Shown here: positions 17,904-29,209 of the stretch, piece by piece | Position numbering within the stretch: position 1 is the first letter of the stretch | Layout: the number at the start of each line of letters is the position of its first letter | NCBI GenBank assembly: GCA_003671075.1 | Contig: QWPT01000009.1 | Location: forward strand, 8,715 to 72,714 | DNA: 64,000 nucleotides | Reading direction: 5' to 3' | From: Planctomycetota bacterium | GTDB taxonomy: Bacteria > Planctomycetota > Phycisphaerae > Phycisphaerales > SM1A02 | Position numbers and translations under genes: made by a program | The notes under the pieces: generated by a model | Databases searched by the model: none | The model's input: the letters and a program-made list of their open reading frames with translations, nothing else | What the model was told of the DNA's origin: nothing

Positions 17904-18671
17904 ATGAATAGGTACACCATCAGCGCCCTTGCGTTCGTAGCAGTTTCGTCGATGGGCATCGCATCGCTCGCCCGCGCGGAATTCGTTTCGCTGGCGGCAA
18001 CGCGCGACGCAACGCTCTACGAATCCTTTGACGGCTCGCTGGCCAACGGCGCGGGACGCTACTTCTTCGCAGGAAAAAACAACCAAGTCCGCGCGCGCCG
18101 CGGTCTGATTCACTTCGACATCGCGGGAATGCTGCCCGCCGGCGCTTCGATCACGGGCGCGAGTCTGCGCCTCAATCTCTCGCAAAGCAGCTTCGGCCCT
18201 GAGCGCGCAGTCAGCACCCATCGTGCGCTTGCCAATTGGACAACCGGCAGCAGCGATCCCGAGGATCCTGAAGGCAGCGGCACCACCGCCACCGCGAATG
18301 ACGCGACCTGGCTGCAGTCGAGCGCCGACGGACTCGGAGGTGGCATCGCGTGGCAGAACGCTGGAGGCGACTACGCGGCGGCGGCAAGTGCGACCGTTCT
18401 CACGGGCGCGGTCGGAATCTACACATGGAGCTCGGCGGACCTGCTGGCTGATGTGCTGTCTTTCGCGGCGAATCCAAGCAAAAACTACGGTTGGTTCATC
18501 ATCGGCGACGAGTCGACCTTCGGCACCGCGCGCAGATTCGACAGTTCCGAAAGCGCCGCGCTCGGCGGCATCGCGCCTGTGCTCGAAATTCAATACACAA
18601 CCGTTCCCGCACCGGGAGCGTTCGCGCTGATCGGCGTTTCCGGGCTGTTCGCCATGCGTCGTCGACGCTGA
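17904..18671 (+). CDS. secreted protein with a PEP-CTERM-like sorting signal
   Basis: N-terminal signal peptide. The C-terminal VPAPGAFALIGVSGLFAMRRRR (motif, TM helix, basic tail) matches PEP-CTERM architecture. The body resembles DNRLRE-type domains (weak call). Confidence 0.75.
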   Translation: MNRYTISALAFVAVSSMGIASLARAEFVSLAATRDATLYESFDGSLANGAGRYFFAGKNNQVRARRGLIHFDIAGMLPAGASITGASLRLNLSQSSFGPERAVSTHRALANWTTGSSDPEDPEGSGTTATANDATWLQSSADGLGGGIAWQNAGGDYAAAASATVLTGAVGIYTWSSADLLADVLSFAANPSKNYGWFIIGDESTFGTARRFDSSESAALGGIAPVLEIQYTTVPAPGAFALIGVSGLFAMRRRR

Positions 18672-18675
18672 TGAC

Positions 18676-20331
18676 TTAGGTCTGCAGCACGCCGGTGCGG
18701 TACACACCGCTCGGCTGCATCGGCGCCTGCGCAGCAACTTGCAGCGCAAGCACGAGTTCTTCACGCGTGTCCTTTGGATCAACGATGCGATCCACCCATC
18801 CGCGGCTCGCGCCGTAGCGAATGTCCTGTTGCTCGCCATAGCTCGCAGTAATCGCAGCGAGCAGTTGCTTGCGCATTTCCTCGTCGATCTTCTCGCCCTT
18901 GCGCTCGCGCGCCGCGAGATCGATCGAAAGCAGCGTGCTCGCCGCCTGCGCCGCACCCATGACTGCGAAGCGCGCGCCGGGCCAGGCAAGCGTGAGCAAC
19001 GGATCAAAGGCACGGCCGCACATCGCGTAATTCCCCGCGCCAAACGATCCACCCACAACCAACGAAATCTTCGGCACCACACAGTTGGCCATCGCGTTCA
19101 CCATCTTCGCGCCCGCACGAATGATGCCGCCCTGCTCACTATCGCGGCCAACCATGAACCCGGTGGTGTCGGTCACGAAGATGATCGGCAGGCCCTTCTG
19201 GTTGCAATCCATGATGAAGCGCGCGCTCTTGTCGGCGCTGTCGTCGTAGATCACCGCCGGCATGTTGGTCGCGCTCGACGGACCCGCCTTGCCGCCGGGC
19301 AACTTGCGCTGCGTGAGCTTCTTCTGATTCGCCACGATGCCGCAGGGAAACCCGCCGATCCGTGTGTAGCCGCACACCAGCGAACGGCCATACTCGGCGC
19401 GATACTCGTCGAAACTGTCCGCGTCGACGAAGCAGGAAAGCAGTTCGATCATGTCGTACTGCGCACCAGGCTCGGAGCGGAAAACTTGCGTCACCTCGCT
19501 CGTCGGCCGCTTGGGCGCAACCGCCGCGAACGGCGCACGGGCCTTCGCTGGCGCAGTGCGCACCGCCGAAAATACGCGCCGCAGCCGCTCGATGCACGCA
19601 GGATCGTCCTTCTCGCGAAAGTCGATCGTGCCCGAGATCTGCGCATGCATCTCCGCGCCGCCGAGGTCCTCGCTCGAAACTTCCTGACCAATCGCCGCCT
19701 TCACCAGCGCGGGACCCGCGAGATAAAGCCCGCTGCCTTCGGTCATCAACAGCGTGTCGCACAGCACGGGCAAATACCCGCCGCCAGCAACGCAATTGCC
19801 CATGATCGCTGCGATTTGCGGAATGCCCTGCGCGCTGATCACCGCGTTGTTGCGAAAAATCCGCCCAAAGTCGTCGGTGTCAGGAAACACATCCTCCTGC
19901 AACGGCAGGAACACGCCCGCGCTGTCAACGAGGTAGAGCAGCGGCAATCGCGCGCGCTCAGCGATCATCTGCGCCCGGATGATCTTCTTGCATGTCATCG
20001 GAAAGAACGCGCCCGCCTTCACCGTCGCGTCGTTGGCGATCACCATCGCTAGCCGCCCATCGACCTCGGCGATCGTGGTCACAACGCCAGCCGCGGGCGC
20101 GCCGCCGTATTCCTTGTACATCCGCCACGCGCTGAACAGCCCGCACTCCATCGAGCGCGTTCCCTTGTCCGCCAACAGCGCCATCCGCTCGCGCGCGGTA
20201 AGCCGTCCGTTTCGATGTTGGCGCTCCACCCCGGACTTGCCCCCACCTTCCTCGATCCGCGCGGCCTCGGCGAGGTACTCAGCGGTGGCGATGTCGAGGG
20301 CGGACTGCGGAGCGATGGGCGCGACGGTCAT
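18676..20331 (-). CDS. acyl-CoA carboxylase carboxyltransferase beta subunit (methylcrotonyl-/propionyl-CoA carboxylase type)
   Basis: Two carboxyltransferase halves (VIANDATVKAGAFFPMT..., GNCVAGGGYLP..., PIIFVTDTTGFMVG..., GSFGAGNYAMCG). The start at MTVAPIAP (20331) is preferred over 20397. Confidence 0.9.
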   Translation of the reverse strand: MTVAPIAPQSALDIATAEYLAEAARIEEGGGKSGVERQHRNGRLTARERMALLADKGTRSMECGLFSAWRMYKEYGGAPAAGVVTTIAEVDGRLAMVIANDATVKAGAFFPMTCKKIIRAQMIAERARLPLLYLVDSAGVFLPLQEDVFPDTDDFGRIFRNNAVISAQGIPQIAAIMGNCVAGGGYLPVLCDTLLMTEGSGLYLAGPALVKAAIGQEVSSEDLGGAEMHAQISGTIDFREKDDPACIERLRRVFSAVRTAPAKARAPFAAVAPKRPTSEVTQVFRSEPGAQYDMIELLSCFVDADSFDEYRAEYGRSLVCGYTRIGGFPCGIVANQKKLTQRKLPGGKAGPSSATNMPAVIYDDSADKSARFIMDCNQKGLPIIFVTDTTGFMVGRDSEQGGIIRAGAKMVNAMANCVVPKISLVVGGSFGAGNYAMCGRAFDPLLTLAWPGARFAVMGAAQAASTLLSIDLAARERKGEKIDEEMRKQLLAAITASYGEQQDIRYGASRGWVDRIVDPKDTREELVLALQVAAQAPMQPSGVYRTGVLQT

Positions 20332-20537
20332 AGTGGGCTCGGAAGGCAGGCACTGCGCGAAGGACGGGCGGAGAATAGACCAAACCCGCCTCGGCACCCG
20401 CGGCGGTTAGGTTCCGAGAACCAACTCGCCAACCAAACGCCCGCTTGCGTGACCACCTCGGCTTGCGCTATCTTCTCCGATCCTCTTCAACAAGTCAGGA
20501 CCGCAGGCGGCGGGATTGCCGCCGTAAGAGAAAACTC

Positions 20538-20789
20538 ATGAGCAACACGATCGTCGAAGCAAGCCGTCATCACGCCAAGGACACCGGTTCCACCGAAGTC
20601 CAGGTTGCGGCCATCACCACTCGGATCACCGACCTCCAGGATCACTTCAAGGCCCACAAGAAGGACCACGCGTCCCGTCGCGGCCTGCTGCTCCTCGTCG
20701 GTAAGCGCAACAGCCTGCTGAAGTACCTCGCGAACACCAACCGCGACGGCTACCTCTCGCTGATCAAGCGCCTCGGCCTCCGCAAGTAA
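20538..20789 (+). CDS. rpsO: 30S ribosomal protein S15
   Basis: [64 protein letters not shown] matches S15. It lies immediately upstream of pnp, as in most bacteria. Confidence 0.95.
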   Translation: MSNTIVEASRHHAKDTGSTEVQVAAITTRITDLQDHFKAHKKDHASRRGLLLLVGKRNSLLKYLANTNRDGYLSLIKRLGLRK

Positions 20790-20996
20790 TTTCACGCGCC
20801 GCGCCAATGGTGGCGTGGATCGAAACGCCTGTGATCGCGGCTTTTGCTGCGGGTTTGCTGCGTTGCGCCACTCCAGTCCACCAACGCGACGCATGACGCC
20901 CTCGCTGTGCATTTCGCGCATCGGCGTCTCGCAACAACAAACATCACTTTCCTTGAAACCGGGCGCGCTGCGCTCACGCCGCCAAGAACGCGGCAG

Positions 20997-23159
<2,163 letters not shown>

Positions 23160-23215
23160 GTACAACCGACTCTAAACTCTTCCTACGGGTGTGGTTGGAG
23201 TCGTCATACAAGCAA

Positions 23216-23256
23216 AAGTCGGGAGCGATCCACAAGGTCGCTCCCGACTTGTTTTT
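23216..23256 (+). terminator. intrinsic terminator after pnp
   Basis: 13-bp stem aagtcgggagcga (23216-23228) / tcgctcccgactt (23238-23250), 9-nt loop, then gttttt. Confidence 0.85.
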
Positions 23257-23380
23257 AGCCGAATGTTGAACCACGCCCAATGATCTACTTGCACCGTCCG
23301 CCATGAACGCGCACAATGCGACTTGCTGAATTGCACACGACAAACGCAACCACTTGGGCGCAAGCTCTTGGAGTTTAGTG

Positions 23381-23668
23381 ATGGCCGAAGTACAGACACT
23401 CGTTGATGTAGAAGGGGTCGTCAAGTGGTTCGACGCCCGCAAGGGATTCGGTTTCATCGTCGGACCTGAAGGCCAGGACATCTTCGTCCACTTCTCAGTG
23501 ATCGAACAGACCGAAGGATTCCGAGCGCTCCGCGATGGCGAGCGCGTGACCTACTCGGCGAGCGATGGCGACAAGGGTTGGTCTGCGACCATGGCCAAGT
23601 CCCTCGGCAGTCGAGTGCCTCCCGCTGAGCGACCGACCACCCGCGCGCGGGTTGGCGAAGCTGAGTAA
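23381..23668 (+). CDS. cold-shock domain protein (CspA family) with a C-terminal extension
   Basis: GVVKWFDARKGFGFIVGPEGQDIFVHFSVI contains the RNP1/RNP2 motifs. About 30 extra C-terminal residues are present. Confidence 0.85.
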   Translation: MAEVQTLVDVEGVVKWFDARKGFGFIVGPEGQDIFVHFSVIEQTEGFRALRDGERVTYSASDGDKGWSATMAKSLGSRVPPAERPTTRARVGEAE

Positions 23669-23743
23669 GACAAACGAAACAAGAGCGTTGCTCGGTTCAT
23701 CGCGGAATTCGTCGCGTTGATGGCGACATTGGCGCGCCCATTT

Positions 23744-23840
23744 GTGCGCAAACTTGCGCGCAAAGTTGTGCGCAAAGTTGCGCGCAAACTCGCGCTTCAC
23801 GACCCGCTTCAAAACGGGCTTCAAAACGGGCTTCACCATG
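23744..23840. repeat. two adjacent 4 x 12-bp tandem repeat blocks upstream of, and running into, the histidine kinase start
   Basis: Block A at 23744-23791 is (g[tc]gcgcaaa[cg]tt)x4, creating TTG[C/T]GCGCAA palindromes every 12 bp. Block B at about 23793-23840 is (gcttcaNNacgg-like)x4. Confidence 0.85.
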
Positions 23841-24827
23841 GACTGGGGATCTTTCGCGATCGGAGCTTCCGCTGGTTGCGCCACCGCGCTGCTCGCTGCC
23901 GCATCGCTGATCACGCGACGCCTGGTACGCCTGCGCTTGGCCGAAGAACGCGCGCGCCGTCAAGAGCGACTCGCCGAACTCGGCGCGCTCACCGGCGGAC
24001 TCGCGCATGAAATCAAGAATCCGCTGTCGACCATCGGCCTCAATGTGCAGCTTGCGAGCGAGGCCATTCACGACTCGCCGTTGGCGGAGGCCGACAAACT
24101 CACGCTTGTGCGACGCATCGAAACCGTCGGTCGCGAAGCCAGCCGCCTCGCCAACATCCTCAACGACTTCCTCCGCTTCGCCGGCCGCGTCAAGCTTGCG
24201 CCTGCCGATGTCGACACCCGCGAAATCATCGAAGAACTCGTTGATTTCTACCGCCCGCAATGTGAATTGCAGCGCGTCATCCTGCGCGCCGACATTCCGA
24301 CAACTCCAGTCTCGGCGCGCGTCGATCCCGCGCTCGTTAAGCAAGCGCTTCTCAATCTGCTCATCAACGCAACGCAGGCCATGGTGGCCGCCGACTCGCC
24401 CGCACGGGAGTTGTTGGTGCGCCTCGAGGTCGAACCAACCGCGATCTGCATCCATGTCACCGACACGGGCCCAGGCATTCCCGCAGAAAAACATGCGGAG
24501 ATCTTCAGGCCTTATGTGACGGGCAGAAAAGGCGGCTCTGGTCTCGGACTTGCCGTCACCCGCCGCATCATCGAGGAACACGGCGGCCGCATCGACATCT
24601 ACAGCGAGCTCGGCAAGGGCAGCGACTTCGCAGTGCGGCTTCCAATCGCTGGCCCAAGCGAAACGCCGAACACTGGCGACGATGACGACGCGCGCAAGAC
24701 GATCCTCGACCGCCTCTTCAAGCGCGCCGAACGGACCTCACTAGCCATCACGCCAGCCCTGTCAGGCCCGTCAGTCCCGCCCGCTCACTCCAACCAGTCC
24801 TTCGCCTTCAAACGCTCAGGGACATAG
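23838..24827 (+). CDS. sensor histidine kinase (single N-terminal TM helix, DHp plus HATPase_c)
   Basis: H-box LTGGLAHEIKNPLSTI, N-box LLNLLINATQAM, G-boxes DTGPGIP and GGSGLGLAV. No response regulator is adjacent. The 3' end overlaps convergent top6A by about 43 nt. Confidence 0.85.
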   Translation: MDWGSFAIGASAGCATALLAAASLITRRLVRLRLAEERARRQERLAELGALTGGLAHEIKNPLSTIGLNVQLASEAIHDSPLAEADKLTLVRRIETVGREASRLANILNDFLRFAGRVKLAPADVDTREIIEELVDFYRPQCELQRVILRADIPTTPVSARVDPALVKQALLNLLINATQAMVAADSPARELLVRLEVEPTAICIHVTDTGPGIPAEKHAEIFRPYVTGRKGGSGLGLAVTRRIIEEHGGRIDIYSELGKGSDFAVRLPIAGPSETPNTGDDDDARKTILDRLFKRAERTSLAITPALSGPSVPPAHSNQSFAFKRSGT

Positions 24828-25963
24828 GTTTCGGTGACATACGAGATGTCCTTGGTGATGAGCGACTCGACTTCCATCTTGAAGCCGTTGGTCAGAAGAC
24901 CGTTGATCTCCTTCTGCCAACCCTTGTGCGACTCGAACCAGGGATAAGCAGCGATTTCGTTGGCGCGCTTGGTGTCGTTGCTGGTCAGATCGATCTTGAC
25001 CGCATCATCGAGGCCGCACTGACGGAAGTCTTTCGCGCGAATGCCTAGGAATTTCGCCTCAGGAATCGCTAGCCGCGACGACTCGAACGCGAGCGAGATC
25101 GAGCCATGCTTGATCACGCTGTAGATGTAGTGCCCGTACGGATCATTGTCGAGCAAACAAATCACCGGAAGCTGCAGCTCCTGGTTCATGCGCTGCAACA
25201 TGCGGCGACATCCGCGCGCGGCCTGACCGCCCCCGTGGGTGAGGATGCAGTTGTGCTTCTCCCAAAAACGGTCTTCATTGAAACGCGCCCAAACGGTGCC
25301 TTTCTCGACATGAAGAACAAACTTCGCTTCGCACTTCTTGAACTCGATGATGTCGGGCTCGACGATGGACGGCATGGAATAGCCGCCCGAACCCATGCGC
25401 CGACAATTGATCTCGTCGCCGCGGTCGACGATGGTGATGTTGCCGACCATCGCGCCGCGATTCTCCGCAAAAACATGCAGTTCCTCGCGCGTCGATCCGA
25501 GCGTGACCTCAAGGTCCTCGAGGATTGGATCGGACTCGTCCTGATCATTGAAGGTGTTCTCCTTCGTTCCCGCGACCGTGTGCTTCGCCTTGTAGTAAAC
25601 GCCTCGGAGGCTGCTGGTCTTCTGCGCGTTAATCAGGTCGCGAATCGTGCTCGCGTGCAGCGCGGTCTGCATGAACTGCTTTGCCGACTTCAGGTCAAAC
25701 AGCGGGCGCTCAGCGACGCCGGAACCCATTTCAAGAATGCCCTTCTTCTTGTTCCAAGTCGTGTTCGACTTCGTCCGCAACGGAATCTCAACGATCGGTT
25801 CGCGGCCCGAGAGCGTGCGCTTGACGATGCTGATCGCGAGGTCCTCGATCTTCTTCTGCGTTTTGGCGTCGCGTTCCTTGACCCTCGCCGAGGCAGGCTT
25901 GCGTGGCGTGGCGGAATCGGTGCTTGGATCGGTGGCAGCCGGCGTGTTGGTCTTCTTTGCCAT
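24785..25963 (-). CDS. top6A: type IIB DNA topoisomerase VI subunit A (Spo11-like)
   Basis: Catalytic-Tyr motif LRGVYYKAKH. TOPRIM domain with LHVEKGTVW and ICLLDNDPYGHYIY. Overall length and order fit Top6A, with a basic N-terminal extension. Confidence 0.9.
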   Translation of the reverse strand: MAKKTNTPAATDPSTDSATPRKPASARVKERDAKTQKKIEDLAISIVKRTLSGREPIVEIPLRTKSNTTWNKKKGILEMGSGVAERPLFDLKSAKQFMQTALHASTIRDLINAQKTSSLRGVYYKAKHTVAGTKENTFNDQDESDPILEDLEVTLGSTREELHVFAENRGAMVGNITIVDRGDEINCRRMGSGGYSMPSIVEPDIIEFKKCEAKFVLHVEKGTVWARFNEDRFWEKHNCILTHGGGQAARGCRRMLQRMNQELQLPVICLLDNDPYGHYIYSVIKHGSISLAFESSRLAIPEAKFLGIRAKDFRQCGLDDAVKIDLTSNDTKRANEIAAYPWFESHKGWQKEINGLLTNGFKMEVESLITKDISYVTETYVPERLKAKDWLE

Positions 25964-26029
25964 GATGTTTGTCCTTGCAGCTCAGGCGCGCACGGCGCGG
26001 TGGAATGGTCGCGGTGGGATGGTCGCGGT

Positions 26030-28135
26030 TCAGAAGAGGCGTGGATCGTCGTTGTCGATGGATTTGCCCGTGGACCTGCGCTTCGGATCCGGCTTCGGAT
26101 TCGGCTTCGGCTCGGTACTGCGCGCGTCAAGTTCCTTCTTGGTCTTGATGCTCGGCGCAGCGGACTTCGCCGGCTTTTTCGGCTCGTCGAAGATAGGCAT
26201 CACGATGGGCTCGGCCACCTCGATCGGCGCGATCGCGCTGGCCACGATGATCACGCCGTCGTCGTCGAAATCTTCCTCGACCGATCGCTTGATCTTCCTG
26301 CCATCCTCGTCAAGTTCCTGATCGGCAACCGCCGTCTTCGCCCGCGCCTGCTCAAGCAGCGCGTCGTACAGCCGCTTGGTGTCCTCGCCAGTGATCGCGT
26401 TGAGCGCCTTGGCAATCTCACCGATGTAACGCTCAAACACATCGCGGCGCTCTCCCTCGCGGCGCATCTTCTGGCGCTTGCGAAGATAAATCCCGAGCTT
26501 ACGCCCGCACTCCATCAGCGCGAGTTTCATCTCCTTGCGAATCTCGTCGTAGTCGGCGATCGCTTCCTTCGATTCACTGGTGAAAGGAACCCAGACGCTC
26601 GCCATGTGGATCATGACCACCAGTGGCCCAACCGGAAGACTTCCCCGCGGCTGCTGCATCGCGTAGTTCTTCCACGGCGTTTCGCTCACAGCCTTGAAAC
26701 TCGAGCAAGCGCTCTGCTGAAAAAGCAAGGGAACTCGGTTGGCAAAGCGAATCACGCGCGCCGGCTGGTCTGAAGGCAAATCACCGCCGAAGGCAATCGC
26801 CGCCTCGATCTGAAACGGGCGGCCGCGATACACATCGGGCTCGCGCGTCGATGCCGCATAGAACTCGGCCTTCACGCCCTTGAGCATGCCCGCAAGCATC
26901 TGCCGCACTCCAATCGGAGCAAGGCAATCTGTCGGCGGCGGCGCGAGTTTTTCCTCGTCGAATGCCTTGAACAACTGATCGATCTGCGGCGGCTCCAACT
27001 CCGACACCTTGGTGCGGCTGGTCACGCTGATGACCTTGCAGAACTTCGCCGCCGTTGTCGGAGAGATTCGACAGAAGCACTCCTGCAAAAAGTCGTACAG
27101 CGTGCCCGACTTCGTCTTGCCCTCGTAGTCCTTGATCATCTGCAAGAGAATCCCGAGCTCGATGCCCTTGGGATGCGGCTGAATCTCCTTGGTCTCGGGG
27201 GGGAGTTCGTTCACTCCGCGCGGGAACATGATGACGCCACCGGTCTCCGATGTCTGCGCGGGCGCGTCAGCCTTTCCACCTTCGGCCGCAGCGGCGCTGG
27301 TACCCGGAAGCAAATCGTCGGCCTCGTCCTGCGACACGCGCGACGGCGGTACAAACACGATGCGCGCGTGCGGGTTGGCGATCGCGGTGAGTTCAAGGAA
27401 CTCGTCCACCGAGCCGCGCCCCTTCTGATACTTGCCCTCAAGCTCGATCGAAACGCTGGTTCCAGTCGTGAACACCTCGCTCGAAAGAAACACGCCTTCC
27501 TGCGCGAGTTGCTTGGTGCCCGCGGTCAGCATGCGAAAGCGCTCAGGCGGAAAGTCCTTGGTCTCCTTGTCGAGCGTCACCTCGGCGCGATTGGACTTGG
27601 TGTTCATCGCGAGCTCGATGTGATGAGCTCGAGCGGTTGCGTTGGGCTTGGTGTGGATCACCATCGGTCGCCCGGTTGTGATCAGACCGTTCATTCCCGC
27701 CGCCGAAATACCGATGCCCTGCTGCCCGCGCGACATCTTCAAACGATGAAACTTCGACCCGTAGAGCAGGCGCCCGAAGATGTTCTCCACCTGCTTGCGA
27801 ACGATTCCTGGCCCGTTATCGATCACGGTCACGCGGTAGCGCGAGCTCTTCACCGTCGCTTGGCGCCGGGGATCAAGGTCTTCGATGATCACCGCGAGGT
27901 CGGGCAGGATTCCACCTTCCTCGCAAGCATCGAGCCCGTTGTCGACCGCCTCCTTCACCGTGGTCAGAAGCGATTTGCGCGGATTGTCAAAGCCAAGCAA
28001 GTGTCGGTTCTTGACGAAAAACTCGCTGACCGAAACCTCCTTCTGGCCCAATGCCATCTCCTCGGCGGTGGCACCACGCTTCTTCTCCGACCGCGCATTC
28101 GACTGAGGCTTCCGTTCCTTCAAGACATTCTCCAT
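26030..28135 (-). CDS. top6B: type IIB DNA topoisomerase VI subunit B (GHKL ATPase)
   Basis: Bergerat-fold boxes EAVDNGLDA, VIDNGPGI and SRGQQGIGISAA, followed by H2TH/transducer-like regions. The start at MENVLKERK (28135) is preferred over 28249. A Lys/Pro-rich C-terminal tail is present. Confidence 0.9.
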   Translation of the reverse strand: MENVLKERKPQSNARSEKKRGATAEEMALGQKEVSVSEFFVKNRHLLGFDNPRKSLLTTVKEAVDNGLDACEEGGILPDLAVIIEDLDPRRQATVKSSRYRVTVIDNGPGIVRKQVENIFGRLLYGSKFHRLKMSRGQQGIGISAAGMNGLITTGRPMVIHTKPNATARAHHIELAMNTKSNRAEVTLDKETKDFPPERFRMLTAGTKQLAQEGVFLSSEVFTTGTSVSIELEGKYQKGRGSVDEFLELTAIANPHARIVFVPPSRVSQDEADDLLPGTSAAAAEGGKADAPAQTSETGGVIMFPRGVNELPPETKEIQPHPKGIELGILLQMIKDYEGKTKSGTLYDFLQECFCRISPTTAAKFCKVISVTSRTKVSELEPPQIDQLFKAFDEEKLAPPPTDCLAPIGVRQMLAGMLKGVKAEFYAASTREPDVYRGRPFQIEAAIAFGGDLPSDQPARVIRFANRVPLLFQQSACSSFKAVSETPWKNYAMQQPRGSLPVGPLVVMIHMASVWVPFTSESKEAIADYDEIRKEMKLALMECGRKLGIYLRKRQKMRREGERRDVFERYIGEIAKALNAITGEDTKRLYDALLEQARAKTAVADQELDEDGRKIKRSVEEDFDDDGVIIVASAIAPIEVAEPIVMPIFDEPKKPAKSAAPSIKTKKELDARSTEPKPNPKPDPKRRSTGKSIDNDDPRLF

Positions 28136-28297
28136 AGTGGAATCTCCGGGCGTTCCATCGCCCAACTTCACTCCGCGGCATGAGTCGATGCAACGACACA
28201 AACTCGCCGAGCGGCGCGCACCATACGCGCCGCTACGCAAAGTGCGCACTGCGCTATACTCTCCGCCCTTCCAATCACGATTTCACGGAGAAGCACT

Positions 28298-28768
28298 ATG
28301 GAAACCACGCTCATCATTCTCAAGCCCGACGCCGTACAGCGCGGACTCATGGGACGCATCGTCTCTCGCTTCGAGGAGAAGGGTCTGCAGATCGTCGGAG
28401 CCAAGCTCACGATGATCTCGCCCGAACTCGCGGCGACCCACTACAAAGATCACCAGGGCAAGGGTTTCTACAACGGCCTCGTCGGATTCATGACGAGTTC
28501 GCCTGTGCTCGTGCTGGCCGTGCGCGGCATCGGCGCGATCACCATCGCCCGCTCCATGATGGGCGCGACCTTCGGCTCCAAGGCCGCCCCCGGAACCATC
28601 CGCGGCGACTTCGGCGTCTCGAACTCGTTCAACCTGATCCATGGATCCGACAGCCCCGAAGCCGCCGCCCGCGAGCTCGGCCTCTTCTTCAAGGCGGGCG
28701 AAGTCCTCGACTTCCCCCGCGCTGGCGACCGTTGGGTGTACGACTCCAGTTCCGGAAAGTCCGAGTAA
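28298..28768 (+). CDS. ndk: nucleoside diphosphate kinase
   Basis: METTLIILKPDAVQRGLMGRIVSRFEEKGL..., TIRGDFG and NLIHGSDS (active-site His). Confidence 0.95.
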   Translation: METTLIILKPDAVQRGLMGRIVSRFEEKGLQIVGAKLTMISPELAATHYKDHQGKGFYNGLVGFMTSSPVLVLAVRGIGAITIARSMMGATFGSKAAPGTIRGDFGVSNSFNLIHGSDSPEAAARELGLFFKAGEVLDFPRAGDRWVYDSSSGKSE

Positions 28769-28782
28769 GCCGACAACAATCG

Positions 28783-28824
28783 ACAGCGGTCGGGTCGCTC
28801 TGCGATCCGACCGCTGTGTTATTT
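28783..28824 (+). terminator. intrinsic terminator after ndk
   Basis: 11-bp stem acagcggtcgg (28783-28793) / ccgaccgctgt (28807-28817), followed by gttattt. Confidence 0.75.
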
Positions 28825-29170
28825 AGCGACCAGCGCATCTCCAATGCCGCCGAGCACGAAGGGAAACGAGCAACGCGCGTGCAAACTTGAGCAAGCTGAA
28901 CCCGAAGCATCGAATCTCAGCAGCCAAGTAAGTCTCCTCTGCGTAGTCCCCTCGGCCGCCATGTACCGTCCGTGCCATAAGTGGAGGGGCGAATGTTTTG
29001 AGTGGGTTTCGTCGGAAATCGACCGCTCATGCAGAATCATGATCGCAACGGAATTTCCGACCAACGGTTCGATGAACTCAGGGGTTTTCGAGTTGGTTCT
29101 TCGAAATCATGAGTGTCTTGAACCGAACTCTGGCGGATCGACAGCGTCAAGCATGGTGGCCGCCCAAGTA

Positions 29171-29209
29171 TTGAACTCGAGTCTTGAACTCGGGTCTTGA
29201 ACTCGAGTT
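29171..29209. repeat. 3 x 13-bp tandem repeat (ttgaactcgagtc) upstream of a sigma factor gene
   Basis: Units at 29171-29183, 29184-29196 and 29197-29209. Units 1 and 3 contain the 8-bp palindrome ACTCGAGT. Confidence 0.9.

Noticed and set aside
20792-20996. Possible rpsO terminator/attenuator and pnp leader hairpin (cgcgcca-atgg-tggcgtg near 20797-20814)
   Set aside because: The stem is short and imperfect and lacks a T-tract. It is plausible by analogy with E. coli rpsO-pnp but too weak to report as a feature without folding calculations.
25106-28183. Plus-strand ORFs of 555 aa (25106-26773) and 336 aa (27173-28183) antisense to top6A/top6B
   Set aside because: The minus-strand frames carry complete Topo VI motifs. 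The plus-strand products are low-complexity and motif-free.
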